32,000 nt of DNA from Bacillus subtilis subsp. subtilis str. 168 (GCF_000009045.1 NC_000964.3:3060001-3092000), one strand, 5' to 3'. Counted from the first letter of the stretch, positions 8,908 to 18,398 are shown. Notes: generated from the letters alone by a model not told the origin. Program-made: numbers and translations.

Positions 8908-10206
8908 ATGTTTCATCTAAAAGAGCAGCAAACATCCATAAAGCAAGAAATCATAGCAGGGCTGACGACCTTTTTCACAATGGTCTATATCGTCGTGGTC
9001 AATCCGGTCATTCTGGCTAACGCCGGGGTTCCTTTCGACCAGGTTTTCACCGCAACGATTATTGCCTCCATTGTCGGAACGCTGTGGATGGCCCTGGCAG
9101 CAAATTATCCGATTGCTATTGCGCCCGGCATGGGCTTGAACGCTTATTTAGCCTTTCATGTCGTAAGCGCAAGCGATGGCGGCATCACGTACGCAACAGC
9201 TTTCAGCGCAGTATTTACAGCAGGGGTTCTCTTCATTATTCTATCGTTAACGCCTTTAAGAAAACAACTTATAGAAGCGATTCCAAACAATTTAAAATAC
9301 GGGATCACAACAGGGATCGGGCTGTTTATTGCTTTTATCGGTTTGCGTCAAGCGGGAATTGTGGCAGCTGATGAGTCAAACCTGGTCACTCTCGGCAATC
9401 TGCATTCACCTGGTGTTATCTTAACGCTGGTCGGCCTTTTGATCAGCGTGGTCCTGATGGTGCTGAATGTAAGCGGCGCTTTATTTATCGGAATGGCAGC
9501 TACCGCTTTGATCGCCTTTTTCACCGGTCAGCTCCATTTTTCAAAGGGATTTATGTCGCTTCCTCATTTGCCGGAAGGATTGATGATCTCAAATCCATTT
9601 ACCGCTTTTGGCGATGTCATTCATCACGGCCTGTACGCTGTCGTCTTTTCTTTTCTATTAGTCACCATTTTTGATACGACAGGCACGATGATCGGAGTTG
9701 CCGAGCAAGCCGGGCTGATGAAAAACAACAAGCTGCCGAACGTGCGAAAAGCGCTGCTTGCTGATTCAACCGCGACGACAGTAGGAGCTGTTTTCGGCAC
9801 AAGTCCGACGACTGCATTTATCGAGTCTTCCGCCGGTGTCGCAGCCGGGGGAAGAACGGGGCTTACGGCTTTGACTGTCGCGGTGATGTTTGCGGCTTCA
9901 ATGTTTTTCAGTCCGCTTGTCAGCGCCTTGTCAGGTATAGCCGCCATCACCTCGCCTGCTTTGATTATCGTCGGCAGCCTGATGATGGGCTCAGTTTCCA
10001 ATATGAACTGGAAAGAGATGGACGAGGCATTTCCTGCGTTTCTCGTCATTCTAGCCATGCCTTTGACCTCGAGCATTTCTACAGGAATCGCGCTTGGCTT
10101 TATTTCGTACCCAATTGTAAAAGCGGCGCGGGGAAAATGGAGAGAGATTCATCCGCTCGTCATCGTTTTCGCCATTCTGTTTTTCATCCAGCTGTTTATT
10201 TTATAA
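8908..10206 (+). CDS. pbuO: hypoxanthine/guanine permease, AzgA branch of the NCS2 family
   Basis: The ORF-track start at 8896 is a TTG inside the SD TGGAGGA. The ATG at 8908 (MFHLKEQQ...) gives 432 aa. The protein is polytopic and glycine-rich. Confidence 0.92.
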   Translation: MFHLKEQQTSIKQEIIAGLTTFFTMVYIVVVNPVILANAGVPFDQVFTATIIASIVGTLWMALAANYPIAIAPGMGLNAYLAFHVVSASDGGITYATAFSAVFTAGVLFIILSLTPLRKQLIEAIPNNLKYGITTGIGLFIAFIGLRQAGIVAADESNLVTLGNLHSPGVILTLVGLLISVVLMVLNVSGALFIGMAATALIAFFTGQLHFSKGFMSLPHLPEGLMISNPFTAFGDVIHHGLYAVVFSFLLVTIFDTTGTMIGVAEQAGLMKNNKLPNVRKALLADSTATTVGAVFGTSPTTAFIESSAGVAAGGRTGLTALTVAVMFAASMFFSPLVSALSGIAAITSPALIIVGSLMMGSVSNMNWKEMDEAFPAFLVILAMPLTSSISTGIALGFISYPIVKAARGKWREIHPLVIVFAILFFIQLFIL

Positions 10207-10215
10207 GGATAGACC

Positions 10216-10247
10216 AAAAAACCCAAACGTCGCCGTTTGGGTTTTTT
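10216..10247. terminator. bidirectional intrinsic terminator shared by pbuO and ythQ
   Basis: AAAAAACCCAAACG-tcgc-CGTTTGGGTTTTTT. The ythQ stop (10246-10248) lies in the T-tract. Confidence 0.9.
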
Positions 10248-11403
10248 ATGTAAACAATAAAGAGACAGCGGCCGCTAAAAAACAACAGGCGGCAAACGCA
10301 TAGTGCAGGATGTTGATACAGCTTTTTCTGGCCCGATAATATTCATCACTTTCCTTATCGGTGCCAATTAAAAAAGGGGCATCCATGACCTTGTCAAAAA
10401 TAAGCGTCAGGATATAACGGCAAACCCCTGTGTATACCAGCAGCGCAATCACCTTCAGCCAAATTGGGGAAACAAATATGAGAACAGTGAAAGCTGACAG
10501 TAGCATGTACATCTGCCTTGCATACTCGCCATTCCTCAGCATAACTTTAAAAAACAACTCCTTATAGCCTGTGCAGATCGTTCGTCTTTTAAATATCCTT
10601 TTTGAATTTCGGTATAATAATGGTTTTCTTCTCATCCTGTCTTTTACTTTTGGCATTCCCGCCTCCTGACTCATCATCATCACAAGTCCTGCAAGGGCAA
10701 GCCTGCTTTTTTTCTCTTCAGTCACCTCAGCTTCAAAAGCCGTGAACGAGGCTGTCTTTTTCAAACTGCGGATAACTGAGAAAAACAAAAATAAAATGCC
10801 AAAAAGCGCAAGCAAGTGCCGCTCAGTAAAAACAATCAGGATAGCAGAACCAGCAAAAAGAATAGCTCTGACAAGGGTATCGCCAATCCATCTCGAAATG
10901 GAGCGCGGCTTTCTGATCCTGTCTTGCTTTAAGGATAAAAAGAATATATGAAGGCCAAACAAATAACACAATAGAGCAGTGCTTTCTGCGAATGTGATGA
11001 GAACAGAATGACTGATCAAGGGAAGGACAATGAAAAAGAGAAGCAGCCATTTAGCCAGCGTGGCCAGAAAAGAATACAAAAGCGCATACCGTTTGAGCTG
11101 ATAGATGATTTCCTTCTTTTGCAGCAAAAACACTTTGTCCGCTTCCATTAAAAATGTACGAATCGAACCTGTAAACATGATCAGCACACACACAGCATAC
11201 AGCCATCTCCATTCCGCCACTTCAGACCACTCATAAAGAAGGCCTCTTCCGTTCATCAAATCAATATACTGATAGATGACAAAAGCAATCGCCGGCAAAA
11301 CGATATAGAGAGCGACTGTCCAGTCAATGACCGCATGCAACACTTTAAACTGATACTTATAATAGTCAAACAGCCTTCGAAAAAAGAGCGTACGCCCGTT
11401 CAT
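10246..11403 (-). CDS. ythQ: ABC transporter permease, EcsB-like
   Basis: 385-aa polytopic protein. Its ATG overlaps the ythP stop as ATGA at 11400-11403. The block IRTFLMEADKVFLL resembles the conserved EcsB block as I recall it. Confidence 0.88.
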   Translation of the reverse strand: MNGRTLFFRRLFDYYKYQFKVLHAVIDWTVALYIVLPAIAFVIYQYIDLMNGRGLLYEWSEVAEWRWLYAVCVLIMFTGSIRTFLMEADKVFLLQKKEIIYQLKRYALLYSFLATLAKWLLLFFIVLPLISHSVLITFAESTALLCYLFGLHIFFLSLKQDRIRKPRSISRWIGDTLVRAILFAGSAILIVFTERHLLALFGILFLFFSVIRSLKKTASFTAFEAEVTEEKKSRLALAGLVMMMSQEAGMPKVKDRMRRKPLLYRNSKRIFKRRTICTGYKELFFKVMLRNGEYARQMYMLLSAFTVLIFVSPIWLKVIALLVYTGVCRYILTLIFDKVMDAPFLIGTDKESDEYYRARKSCINILHYAFAACCFLAAAVSLLFT

Positions 11404-12110
11404 AGCCGATCACCTTGAACTGCCTTATAAAAACAGTCAAGCAATGACTGCCCCTCTAATCCGGTCTTGTCCTGAACATCTTTTAACGTGCCTTGGAGAA
11501 ATAATGAACCTTTCTCAATCATATAAAACCGGTCACAGATTTTTTCCGCGGTATCGAGTACATGCGTGCACATAAGAATTCCGGCTCCACGTTCTTTTTC
11601 AGCCTTAAGCATGTCCACAAAGCGTTTCGTCGATATCGGATCAAGGCCGATAAACGGTTCATCAATCACATACATATCCGGCTTAGAGAGAAAGGCCTGG
11701 ATAAGCATTAGTTTTTGCTGCATGCCCTTCGAAAAGGTGACAGGCAGCTCATGTTTGACATGATCTAGCGAAAACGTCTGCAGCAGGCTTTGGGCCCGAT
11801 GCGCAAATTCACTCTCTTCAATGCCGTGAAGTGTGCTGATCAGATCCAAATGCTCCCACAGCGTCAGTTCTTCGTAGAAGGACGGATGCTCCGGAATATA
11901 TGCAAATGAACAGTCGTTCCAGGCAATATGCCCTTTAAAATCTTCTGAAAGGCCGAGTATCGCCTTGATTGCGGTGCTTTTTCCTGCGCCGTTAGCTCCG
12001 ATCAGTCCAACCAGTTCCCCTTTTCTGACTTCCAGAAAAACATCGGTGAGCACTTTTTTTCGGCTTGTATACCCGGCCTGTTCTATTGAAGCTTCAAGCA
12101 AATTTGTCAA
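11400..12110 (-). CDS. ythP: ABC transporter ATP-binding protein, EcsA-like
   Basis: TTG start at 12108-12110 with a GGAGGTGA SD 7 nt upstream. Motifs present: Walker A GANGAGKST, variant signature FSKGMQQK, Walker B MYVIDEPFIGLD, H-loop CTHV. Confidence 0.9.
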   Translation of the reverse strand: MTNLLEASIEQAGYTSRKKVLTDVFLEVRKGELVGLIGANGAGKSTAIKAILGLSEDFKGHIAWNDCSFAYIPEHPSFYEELTLWEHLDLISTLHGIEESEFAHRAQSLLQTFSLDHVKHELPVTFSKGMQQKLMLIQAFLSKPDMYVIDEPFIGLDPISTKRFVDMLKAEKERGAGILMCTHVLDTAEKICDRFYMIEKGSLFLQGTLKDVQDKTGLEGQSLLDCFYKAVQGDRL

Positions 12111-12276
12111 AACTCACTCACCTCCAAAATTTACTACGAAATAGAATAAAAAAAGTTTCTTTAACCATAATAATATTGAGCCGAAATACATAGTAATCCA
12201 ACAAGGATGGCTGCCCAACGCGAAATTGGAAAAAATTAATAGGAGTTATCCCTAGATTCATCACTGCAATATCGTG

Positions 12277-12282
12277 TATAAT
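12277..12282 (+). promoter_or_regulatory. candidate -10 element for ytzE
   Basis: Perfect TATAAT immediately preceded by GTG. The only -35 candidate is weak (TAGATT, 18-bp spacer). This would give a leader of about 110 nt. Confidence 0.3.
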
Positions 12283-12400
12283 GAGGGCGAATTATTTTAA
12301 CAATTACAGATGTCTGCCTTTGTTGCTATTTCGTACGCAGTTGATAGTCGTGAGTTGTGGTTAGTCAAGTCCATCCGATCTTATGATAGGGAGTGGTTTT

Positions 12401-12622
12401 TTGAAACCTTCAACAAACCGTATGCTAACTCGAATCAAATCAGTTTACATGTTTATTCAAGAAAAAGGTCTTGTGACAACACAGGAACTGGTTGACGAAT
12501 TCGGCATTACACCTAGAACGATTCAAAGAGACTTAAATGTGTTGGCATATAATGATCTTGTTCATAGTCCAAGCCGTGGCAAGTGGGAGACAACGAGAAA
12601 GAAAGTAAAGATTACCTCATAA
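12401..12622 (+). CDS. ytzE: stand-alone DeoR-type helix-turn-helix protein with no effector domain
   Basis: ORF 12383-12622. The SD TAGGGAGTGG ends about 5 nt before the in-frame TTG at 12401 (MKPSTNRML...), giving 73 aa. The HTH is TTQELVDEFGITPRTIQRDLNVL. The start is uncertain between 12383 and 12401. Confidence 0.75.
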   Translation: MKPSTNRMLTRIKSVYMFIQEKGLVTTQELVDEFGITPRTIQRDLNVLAYNDLVHSPSRGKWETTRKKVKITS

Positions 12623-12666
12623 ATTGAAAATTACATAGGGCCGCCTGAGAGCGGTCCGATAGATAA

Positions 12667-12697
12667 CAGGGCGAAGAAACTACTGAGCCTTGTTTTT
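12667..12697 (+). terminator. possible first terminator after ytzE
   Basis: CAGGGC-14 nt loop-GCCTTG (6 bp, one G-U) followed by TTTTTGTG. The stem is weak. Confidence 0.35.
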
Positions 12698-12710
12698 GTG
12701 TGCTTATAAA

Positions 12711-12741
12711 TAAAACCCCGCATTCGGTATGCGGGGTTTTT
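12711..12741. terminator. bidirectional intrinsic terminator shared by ytzE and ytzG
   Basis: TAAAACCCCGCAT-tcggt-ATGCGGGGTTTTT. The ytzG stop lies at 12743-12745. Confidence 0.88.
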
Positions 12742-12742
12742 G

Positions 12743-13462
12743 TCATGCTTGCGGCTCATTTAGCAAATGAAGCTCTTCCTCTGTCAGCTCACGGTATTCT
12801 CCGGGTGCCAGAGCGGGATCTAGGGAAACGCGTCCCATCGAAAGCCGCTTCAGATAAACCACTTCATTGCCGACTGCCTTTGCCATTTGCTTGACCTGAT
12901 GGTATTTTCCTTCTGTAATTGTCAGATATATAACGGTATTGCCACTGTCGTTTGTTTTGATTTCCGCTTTTGCCGGCTTTGTTTTATAGCCGCCCTCTAT
13001 GTAGACACCCGTTTCCAAATCGGAAATGTCTTCCCGAGAAATCTGTGATTTTAAATGGACTTCATACGTTTTTGGAACATGCTTTTTAGGAGAAAGGAGC
13101 CGATGTGCGAGCTGGCCGTCATTTGTGAGCAGCAAAAAGCCCTCTGTATCTTTATCAAGCCTGCCGGCTGGAAATGGCTCAAATCTCATCTCCTCCGGCG
13201 TCAGCAGATCGACCACTGTTTGCTGCCGGCTGTCCTCAGTCGCCGACAGCACGCCCTGCGGTTTATTCATCATAAGATAAATGAACTCTCGATAATCAAC
13301 CGGTTCCCCGTATACGGTCACCTCCTGCGTATCAGGATCAACGTGCTCCTTTACATCTTTGGCAGGTTTGCCGTCGATCATCACGGCTCCAGCCTTCACA
13401 ACGGCTTTGACTTCTTTTCTGGAACCATACCCGCTGTTGGCAAGCAGCTTATCAAGTCTCAT
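12743..13462 (-). CDS. ytzG: rRNA pseudouridine synthase, RsuA family
   Basis: The ORF-track start (TTG at 13468) is 3 nt from the AAAGGAGA SD, while the ATG at 13460-13462 has 9-nt spacing (MRLDKLLANSG...), giving 239 aa. An N-terminal S4 domain and the catalytic GRLDKDTEG motif are present. Confidence 0.9.
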   Translation of the reverse strand: MRLDKLLANSGYGSRKEVKAVVKAGAVMIDGKPAKDVKEHVDPDTQEVTVYGEPVDYREFIYLMMNKPQGVLSATEDSRQQTVVDLLTPEEMRFEPFPAGRLDKDTEGFLLLTNDGQLAHRLLSPKKHVPKTYEVHLKSQISREDISDLETGVYIEGGYKTKPAKAEIKTNDSGNTVIYLTITEGKYHQVKQMAKAVGNEVVYLKRLSMGRVSLDPALAPGEYRELTEEELHLLNEPQA

Positions 13463-13530
13463 TCCCAATCTCTCCTTTATAAAAGAAAGCCCGCAGCATG
13501 CGAGCCCTCAGTTTCATCATATCTAGTTCA

Positions 13531-15165
13531 TCAGCCTGCATGTCTGCCTTTCCTAAAGAAACCTGGCAAACGGCGGCCTAAAATTTTCTGCAAAAATCCT
13601 AATCGGTAGCCGCAATACAGGTAGACAGCTCCGCCAACAGCGGCCGCGATCACCACAACAATCGCAGCTTGCATCTGGCCATCCTGATAGGAAATAAAGA
13701 AGCCTAATACCCACTGCACGATTTTCACGGCAATACCCATAATGGCTGATAAGACCAGCATCAAAACAGTTCGTTTAACAAGTATCTTATACGAATAGCC
13801 TGCATGGCGCTTAATCATGATAAACCCATATAAAAGGGAAGCGATATATCCAAGCGCCGTCGCTAAAATCGCTCCGTCAGCCTGCATCAGCTTGATCAGC
13901 GGAACATTCAGCACAAGCTTGATCACGACACCGATCACAAGGCTGACAACCGCAAATTTTTGCTTATTGATGCCCTGCAGAATAGCTGCGTTGACTGTAA
14001 ACAAAGAGAACAGAATTGCGACAGGCGAATACCAAAGCAAAATGTTTGCCCCCAGTTCAGGATGAAGGCTCTCTGACCCGTAAAAGAACGTATACGTCGG
14101 TCCTGACAATAGAGAGATCCCGACAACAGCCGGAATAATTAAAAACAGGATCGTCTGCATCGTTTGATTAATCTGCTGATTTAACAGCTTATAGTTTCCG
14201 CTTGTAAACGATTCAGTAATCGTTGGAATTAATGTCAGTCCAAAAGCAGTTGCTAGGGAAACCGGGATCATCACGAGCTTCTGAACATACAGGGTTAGAA
14301 TCGCAAGCATGTCCTGGCTGATGGCTTGATGACCGGCTTCAATCATCGCTTTGTTAAACGTATTTGTATCAATATAGTTATACAAAGGGATGGCTAGTCC
14401 GACAAAAACGTACGGAGCAGCATAGCTGAACAGCTCGAAAAACATTTTCTTGTAGCTTAGGTTTGCTGTCGGACCCGTATTCGGCATCATCGCCAGCAGG
14501 CTGCCCTTCCGTTTGTTCCAATAAATATAAAGCACGACCAGCCCTCCGAAGGCACCGATCAGCGCTGCGAAGGTTGCATAGCCCACAGCGATGACAAGGC
14601 CGCCGTTGAAAACCTTCAAAATCAAGAATGTCGCACTCAATAGAAAGATGATGCGGACAATCTGTTCAACGACTTGGGAAACAGCTGTCGGACCCATCAT
14701 TTGGTGCCCTTGAAAGAATCCGCGGACAAGGCTCATAATCGGTACGACCAAAAGCGCTAAGCTGACCATGCGGATGACATAAACGACATGATCAATTGTC
14801 AGGCCGTTATTATCCTTGCCTCCCAGCGATATTTCCGCAAACATCGGAGCCGATAGATACAGAATGAAAAAGGCTATCATTCCTGTGACTAGCATAACCG
14901 ACATGCCCGCCTTGAGCATTTTCCTGCTTGTCTCATAATCCCCTTTTGAATTATATTTGGAAACAAATTTAGAAACAGCGGCCGGAAAGCCCATCGTAGC
15001 AATATTCAAAAATAAAGTGTATTGGTTGTATCCGTATTGAAATAATGCACCGCCTGTCGCCCCGACCATAATGCTGAAGGGAATTAAATAGACCATCCCC
15101 AGAATCCGCGATATATATGTACCGAGCGTTAATACAAACGTGCCTCTTAACAGTTTGCTTGACAT
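13531..15165 (-). CDS. murJ: MOP-superfamily lipid II flippase (MviN/MurJ, SpoVB paralogue)
   Basis: 544-aa ORF with an ATG start and a GGTGA SD at 9 nt. About 14 hydrophobic segments. I recognise it as YtgP, the B. subtilis MurJ. Confidence 0.92.
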   Translation of the reverse strand: MSSKLLRGTFVLTLGTYISRILGMVYLIPFSIMVGATGGALFQYGYNQYTLFLNIATMGFPAAVSKFVSKYNSKGDYETSRKMLKAGMSVMLVTGMIAFFILYLSAPMFAEISLGGKDNNGLTIDHVVYVIRMVSLALLVVPIMSLVRGFFQGHQMMGPTAVSQVVEQIVRIIFLLSATFLILKVFNGGLVIAVGYATFAALIGAFGGLVVLYIYWNKRKGSLLAMMPNTGPTANLSYKKMFFELFSYAAPYVFVGLAIPLYNYIDTNTFNKAMIEAGHQAISQDMLAILTLYVQKLVMIPVSLATAFGLTLIPTITESFTSGNYKLLNQQINQTMQTILFLIIPAVVGISLLSGPTYTFFYGSESLHPELGANILLWYSPVAILFSLFTVNAAILQGINKQKFAVVSLVIGVVIKLVLNVPLIKLMQADGAILATALGYIASLLYGFIMIKRHAGYSYKILVKRTVLMLVLSAIMGIAVKIVQWVLGFFISYQDGQMQAAIVVVIAAAVGGAVYLYCGYRLGFLQKILGRRLPGFFRKGRHAG

Positions 15166-15205
15166 GTTTCTTCATCACCATTTTCTACGAAGATTCAACT
15201 TTTCT

Positions 15206-15214
15206 ATTTTACCA
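15206..15214 (-). promoter_or_regulatory. candidate extended -10 promoter element for murJ
   Basis: The minus strand reads TGGTAAAAT (TGnTAAAAT) about 40 nt upstream of the ATG. There is no good -35, which an extended -10 tolerates. Confidence 0.35.
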
Positions 15215-15307
15215 CAACTGGGCATTTAGACGGTAATAAATACAAAAGCAATCCTGTGAACATTCATGTCCGCGGCAAAAGACGTTTAAGGAGCGGCTTT
15301 CTTTCGC

Positions 15308-15313
15308 TATAAT
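15308..15313 (+). promoter_or_regulatory. candidate -10 element for ytfP
   Basis: Perfect TATAAT with a weak -35 (TTTAAG, 15285-15290) at a 17-bp spacer. Confidence 0.35.
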
Positions 15314-15366
15314 AGTACTGCGGACGGGTGTCCGCACACGAAATGAAAAGAAAGTTGATGATAAAG

Positions 15367-16629
15367 ATGAAACAATATGACGTAATCGTAATCGGCGGAG
15401 GCCCTTCAGGCTTGATGGCTGCGATTGCAGCAGGAGAACAGGGCGCTGGCGTGTTGCTGATAGATAAAGGAAATAAATTAGGACGGAAACTCGCGATTTC
15501 CGGGGGCGGCCGCTGCAATGTGACGAACCGCCTTCCTGTGGAAGAAATTATCAAGCACATCCCCGGCAACGGGCGTTTTTTATACAGCGCGTTTTCTGAA
15601 TTTAATAATGAGGACATTATCAAGTTTTTTGAAAACCTCGGCATTCAATTGAAGGAAGAGGATCACGGCCGGATGTTTCCTGTGACCGACAAAGCCCAAA
15701 GTGTCGTTGACGCGCTGTTAAACAGGCTAAAGCAGCTCCGCGTAACAATCAGAACGAACGAGAAAATTAAATCTGTTTTATATGAAGATGGACAGGCAGC
15801 AGGGATTGTGACGAATAATGGCGAAATGATCCATAGCCAGGCAGTCATTATTGCTGTCGGCGGTAAAAGCGTGCCTCATACCGGAAGCACGGGAGACGGC
15901 TATGAATGGGCTGAAGCCGCGGGCCATACCATAACAGAGCTGTTTCCGACAGAGGTTCCCGTCACTTCTGGCGAACCGTTCATTAAGCAAAAAACACTTC
16001 AGGGCTTATCACTAAGAGATGTAGCCGTCAGTGTGTTAAATAAAAAAGGCAAACCGATTATCACACATAAAATGGACATGCTGTTTACCCATTTCGGCCT
16101 CTCAGGACCTGCCATTCTCAGATGCAGCCAATTTGTCGTAAAAGAGCTGAAAAAACAGCCTCAAGTGCCGATCAGAATCGACTTGTATCCGGATATCAAT
16201 GAAGAAACGCTTTTCCAAAAGATGTATAAAGAACTGAAGGAAGCACCGAAAAAAACCATTAAAAACGTGCTGAAGCCTTGGATGCAGGAGCGCTATCTCC
16301 TATTCCTGCTCGAAAAAAACGGCATCTCTCCGAACGTATCGTTTTCTGAGCTGCCGAAGGATCCTTTCAGACAATTTGTAAGGGACTGCAAGCAGTTTAC
16401 TGTCCTCGCAAATGGCACACTGTCGCTTGATAAGGCATTTGTCACGGGAGGCGGGGTATCTGTAAAAGAAATTGACCCGAAAAAGATGGCTTCTAAAAAA
16501 ATGGAGGGGCTTTATTTTTGCGGTGAAATTCTGGATATCCACGGCTACACAGGCGGATACAATATTACCTCCGCCCTTGTCACAGGCAGGCTTGCAGGGC
16601 TAAATGCCGGGCAATACGCCCGTTCTTAA
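15367..16629 (+). CDS. ytfP: HI0933/BaiN-like FAD flavoprotein of unknown function
   Basis: The dinucleotide-binding motif [15 protein letters not shown] lies near the N-terminus if the start is the ATG at 15367 (MKQYDV...), giving 420 aa. In-frame GTG 15328, ATG 15343 and ATG 15358 are alternatives. None has a strong SD. Confidence 0.85.
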
Positions 16630-16675
16630 TCATTACTCTTTAAATCTCTTGCCGCCAAACTCACATTTGAACATT

Positions 16676-16734
16676 CCCCGCATTCATGTTAGGGTGAGAC
16701 TTGTTTTGTTTCACCTGATTGCGGGGTAATTTTA
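16676..16734 (+). terminator. compound hairpin, possibly the ytfP terminator
   Basis: The outer stem is CCCCGCA (16676-16682) with TGCGGGG (16720-16726). It encloses an inner stem GGTGAGAC/GTTTCACC and is followed by TAATTTTA. The long loop and interrupted U-tract keep confidence low. Confidence 0.4.
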
Positions 16735-16817
16735 AGAGAGGAATGAGCTGCCATCGTACGACCATACTAAGCCTGCGAGCAAGATATAGGCGTACACAAA
16801 AAATTAGAGGGTGAGAA

Positions 16818-18356
16818 ATGTTGAAACATATATCTAGTGTATTTTGGATTGTGATTGCAATCACAGCTGCAGCTGTATTATGGGGTGTTATTTCTCCTGA
16901 CAGCCTGCAAAATGTGTCTCAATCGGCACAAGCATTTATTACCGATTCATTTGGTTGGTATTATCTTTTAGTTGTCTCTTTGTTTGTCGGGTTTTGTCTC
17001 TTTTTGATTTTCAGCCCGATCGGAAAAATCAAACTCGGAAAGCCTGATGAAAAACCGGAATTCGGGTTATTATCATGGTTTGCCATGCTGTTCAGCGCAG
17101 GCATGGGAATCGGCTTAGTATTCTACGGTGCGGCTGAACCGATCAGCCATTACGCAATTAGCTCTCCATCAGGTGAAACAGAAACCCCCCAAGCCTTCAG
17201 AGATGCACTCCGCTATACGTTTTTCCACTGGGGTTTGCACGCTTGGGCCATTTATGCCATTGTGGCATTATGCATTGCCTATTTCCAATTCCGCAAAGGC
17301 GCACCCGGGTTAATCAGCAGCACACTGTCACCGATTCTCGGGGATAAAGTAAACGGACCGATCGGAAAGGCCATTGACTGTATTGCAGTTTTCGCCACTG
17401 TTGTCGGGGTGTCAACAAGTCTTGGTCTTGGCGCAACCCAAATTAACGGCGGTTTGAATTACCTGTTCGGCATTCCGAATGCGTTTATCGTCCAATTGGT
17501 TTTAATCATTATTGTGACAGTGCTCTTTTTACTTTCTGCGTGGAGCGGACTCGGAAAAGGAATTAAGTATTTAAGCAACACAAACATGGTATTGGCCGGA
17601 TTGTTAATGTTGTTTATGCTCGTTGTCGGGCCTACAGTGCTGATAATGAACTCATTTACAGATTCTATCGGACAATACATTCAAAATATCGTTCAAATGA
17701 GCTTCAGACTGACACCGAACGATCCTGAAAAACGCGAATGGATTAACAGCTGGACGATTTTCTATTGGGCATGGTGGATTTCCTGGTCTCCATTTGTCGG
17801 CATTTTCATCGCCCGTGTATCCAGAGGCCGGACGATCCGCGAATTTTTAATCGGCGTCTTGGTGACACCTTGTATTTTGACATTTCTATGGTTCTCCATT
17901 TTCGGCGTATCAGCCATGGATCTCCAGCAAAAAGGCGCGTTCAATGTAGCAAAGCTGTCCACTGAAACGATGCTGTTCGGAACACTTGATCACTATCCGC
18001 TGACAATGGTGACATCGATCCTTGCATTGATTCTGATCGCAGTATTCTTTATCACGTCAGCTGATTCAGCTACATTCGTGCTGGGCATGCAGACGTCGTA
18101 CGGTTCTTTAAATCCGGCGAATTCTGTGAAACTCAGCTGGGGTATCATTCAGTCCGCCATGGCGGCTGTGCTCCTATATTCCGGAGGGCTTGCCGCTTTG
18201 CAGAACACAGCGATTCTGGCAGCGCTGCCGTTTTCTATCGTTATCCTGCTGATGATTGCCTCTCTCTATCAATCGCTCTCAAAAGAAAGAAGAGAGATCA
18301 AAAAAGCGGAGAAACTCGATAAACCAAGAAGTCCAAGAGTGAAAAAAGCATATTAA
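16818..18356 (+). CDS. opuD: glycine betaine transporter, BCCT family
   Basis: 512-aa ORF with an AGAGGGTGAG SD. The BCCT tryptophan-rich signature [31 protein letters not shown] is present. Confidence 0.95.
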   Translation: MLKHISSVFWIVIAITAAAVLWGVISPDSLQNVSQSAQAFITDSFGWYYLLVVSLFVGFCLFLIFSPIGKIKLGKPDEKPEFGLLSWFAMLFSAGMGIGLVFYGAAEPISHYAISSPSGETETPQAFRDALRYTFFHWGLHAWAIYAIVALCIAYFQFRKGAPGLISSTLSPILGDKVNGPIGKAIDCIAVFATVVGVSTSLGLGATQINGGLNYLFGIPNAFIVQLVLIIIVTVLFLLSAWSGLGKGIKYLSNTNMVLAGLLMLFMLVVGPTVLIMNSFTDSIGQYIQNIVQMSFRLTPNDPEKREWINSWTIFYWAWWISWSPFVGIFIARVSRGRTIREFLIGVLVTPCILTFLWFSIFGVSAMDLQQKGAFNVAKLSTETMLFGTLDHYPLTMVTSILALILIAVFFITSADSATFVLGMQTSYGSLNPANSVKLSWGIIQSAMAAVLLYSGGLAALQNTAILAALPFSIVILLMIASLYQSLSKERREIKKAEKLDKPRSPRVKKAY

Positions 18357-18357
18357 C

Positions 18358-18398
18358 AAAAAAGATCTTTCCGCGCCTGCGGAAAGATCTTTTTATTT
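18358..18398. terminator. bidirectional intrinsic terminator shared by opuD and cse60 (end of the yte operon)
   Basis: AAAGATCTTTCCGC-gcct-GCGGAAAGATCTTT, a 14-bp perfect stem flanked by an A-run and a T-run. The cse60 stop lies at 18393-18395. Confidence 0.92.

Noticed and set aside
9624-10076. 150-aa ORF on the - strand inside pbuO
   Set aside because: It is a shadow frame of a GC-skewed membrane-protein gene, with no SD and no motif.
12310-12495. 61-aa ORF on the + strand overlapping the ytzE start
   Set aside because: It is out of frame with the HTH-encoding ytzE frame, has no SD and no recognisable motif.
13469-13530. Possible terminator between murJ and ytzG
   Set aside because: Only an imperfect 4-6 bp stem (GCCCGCAGCATGCGAGC region) is present, followed on the minus strand by CTTTCTTTT. 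That is too weak to call, and read-through from murJ into ytzG seems as likely.
13582-13596. CodY-box-like sequence AATTTTCTGCAAAAA (12 of 15 matches to AATTTTCWGAAAATT)
   Set aside because: It lies inside the 3' coding end of murJ and has three mismatches in one half-site. An AT-rich motif of this quality is expected by chance in 32 kb.
13055-13609. 184-aa ORF on the + strand, the longest unexplained ORF in the track
   Set aside because: It is entirely antisense to ytzG and to the 3' end of murJ, both of which carry strong family motifs. It has no SD, and its Arg/Leu/Ser/Cys-rich composition is typical of a shadow ORF.
15264-15644. 126-aa ORF on the - strand across the ytfP promoter and 5' end
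   Set aside because: It is antisense to the FAD-binding motif region of ytfP. It has no SD and its sequence is proline/serine-rich and low-complexity.
16661-16864. 67-aa ORF on the - strand spanning the opuD promoter region and start
   Set aside because: It lies antisense to the opuD 5' end and to the hairpin region, with no SD. It is most likely a chance ORF.
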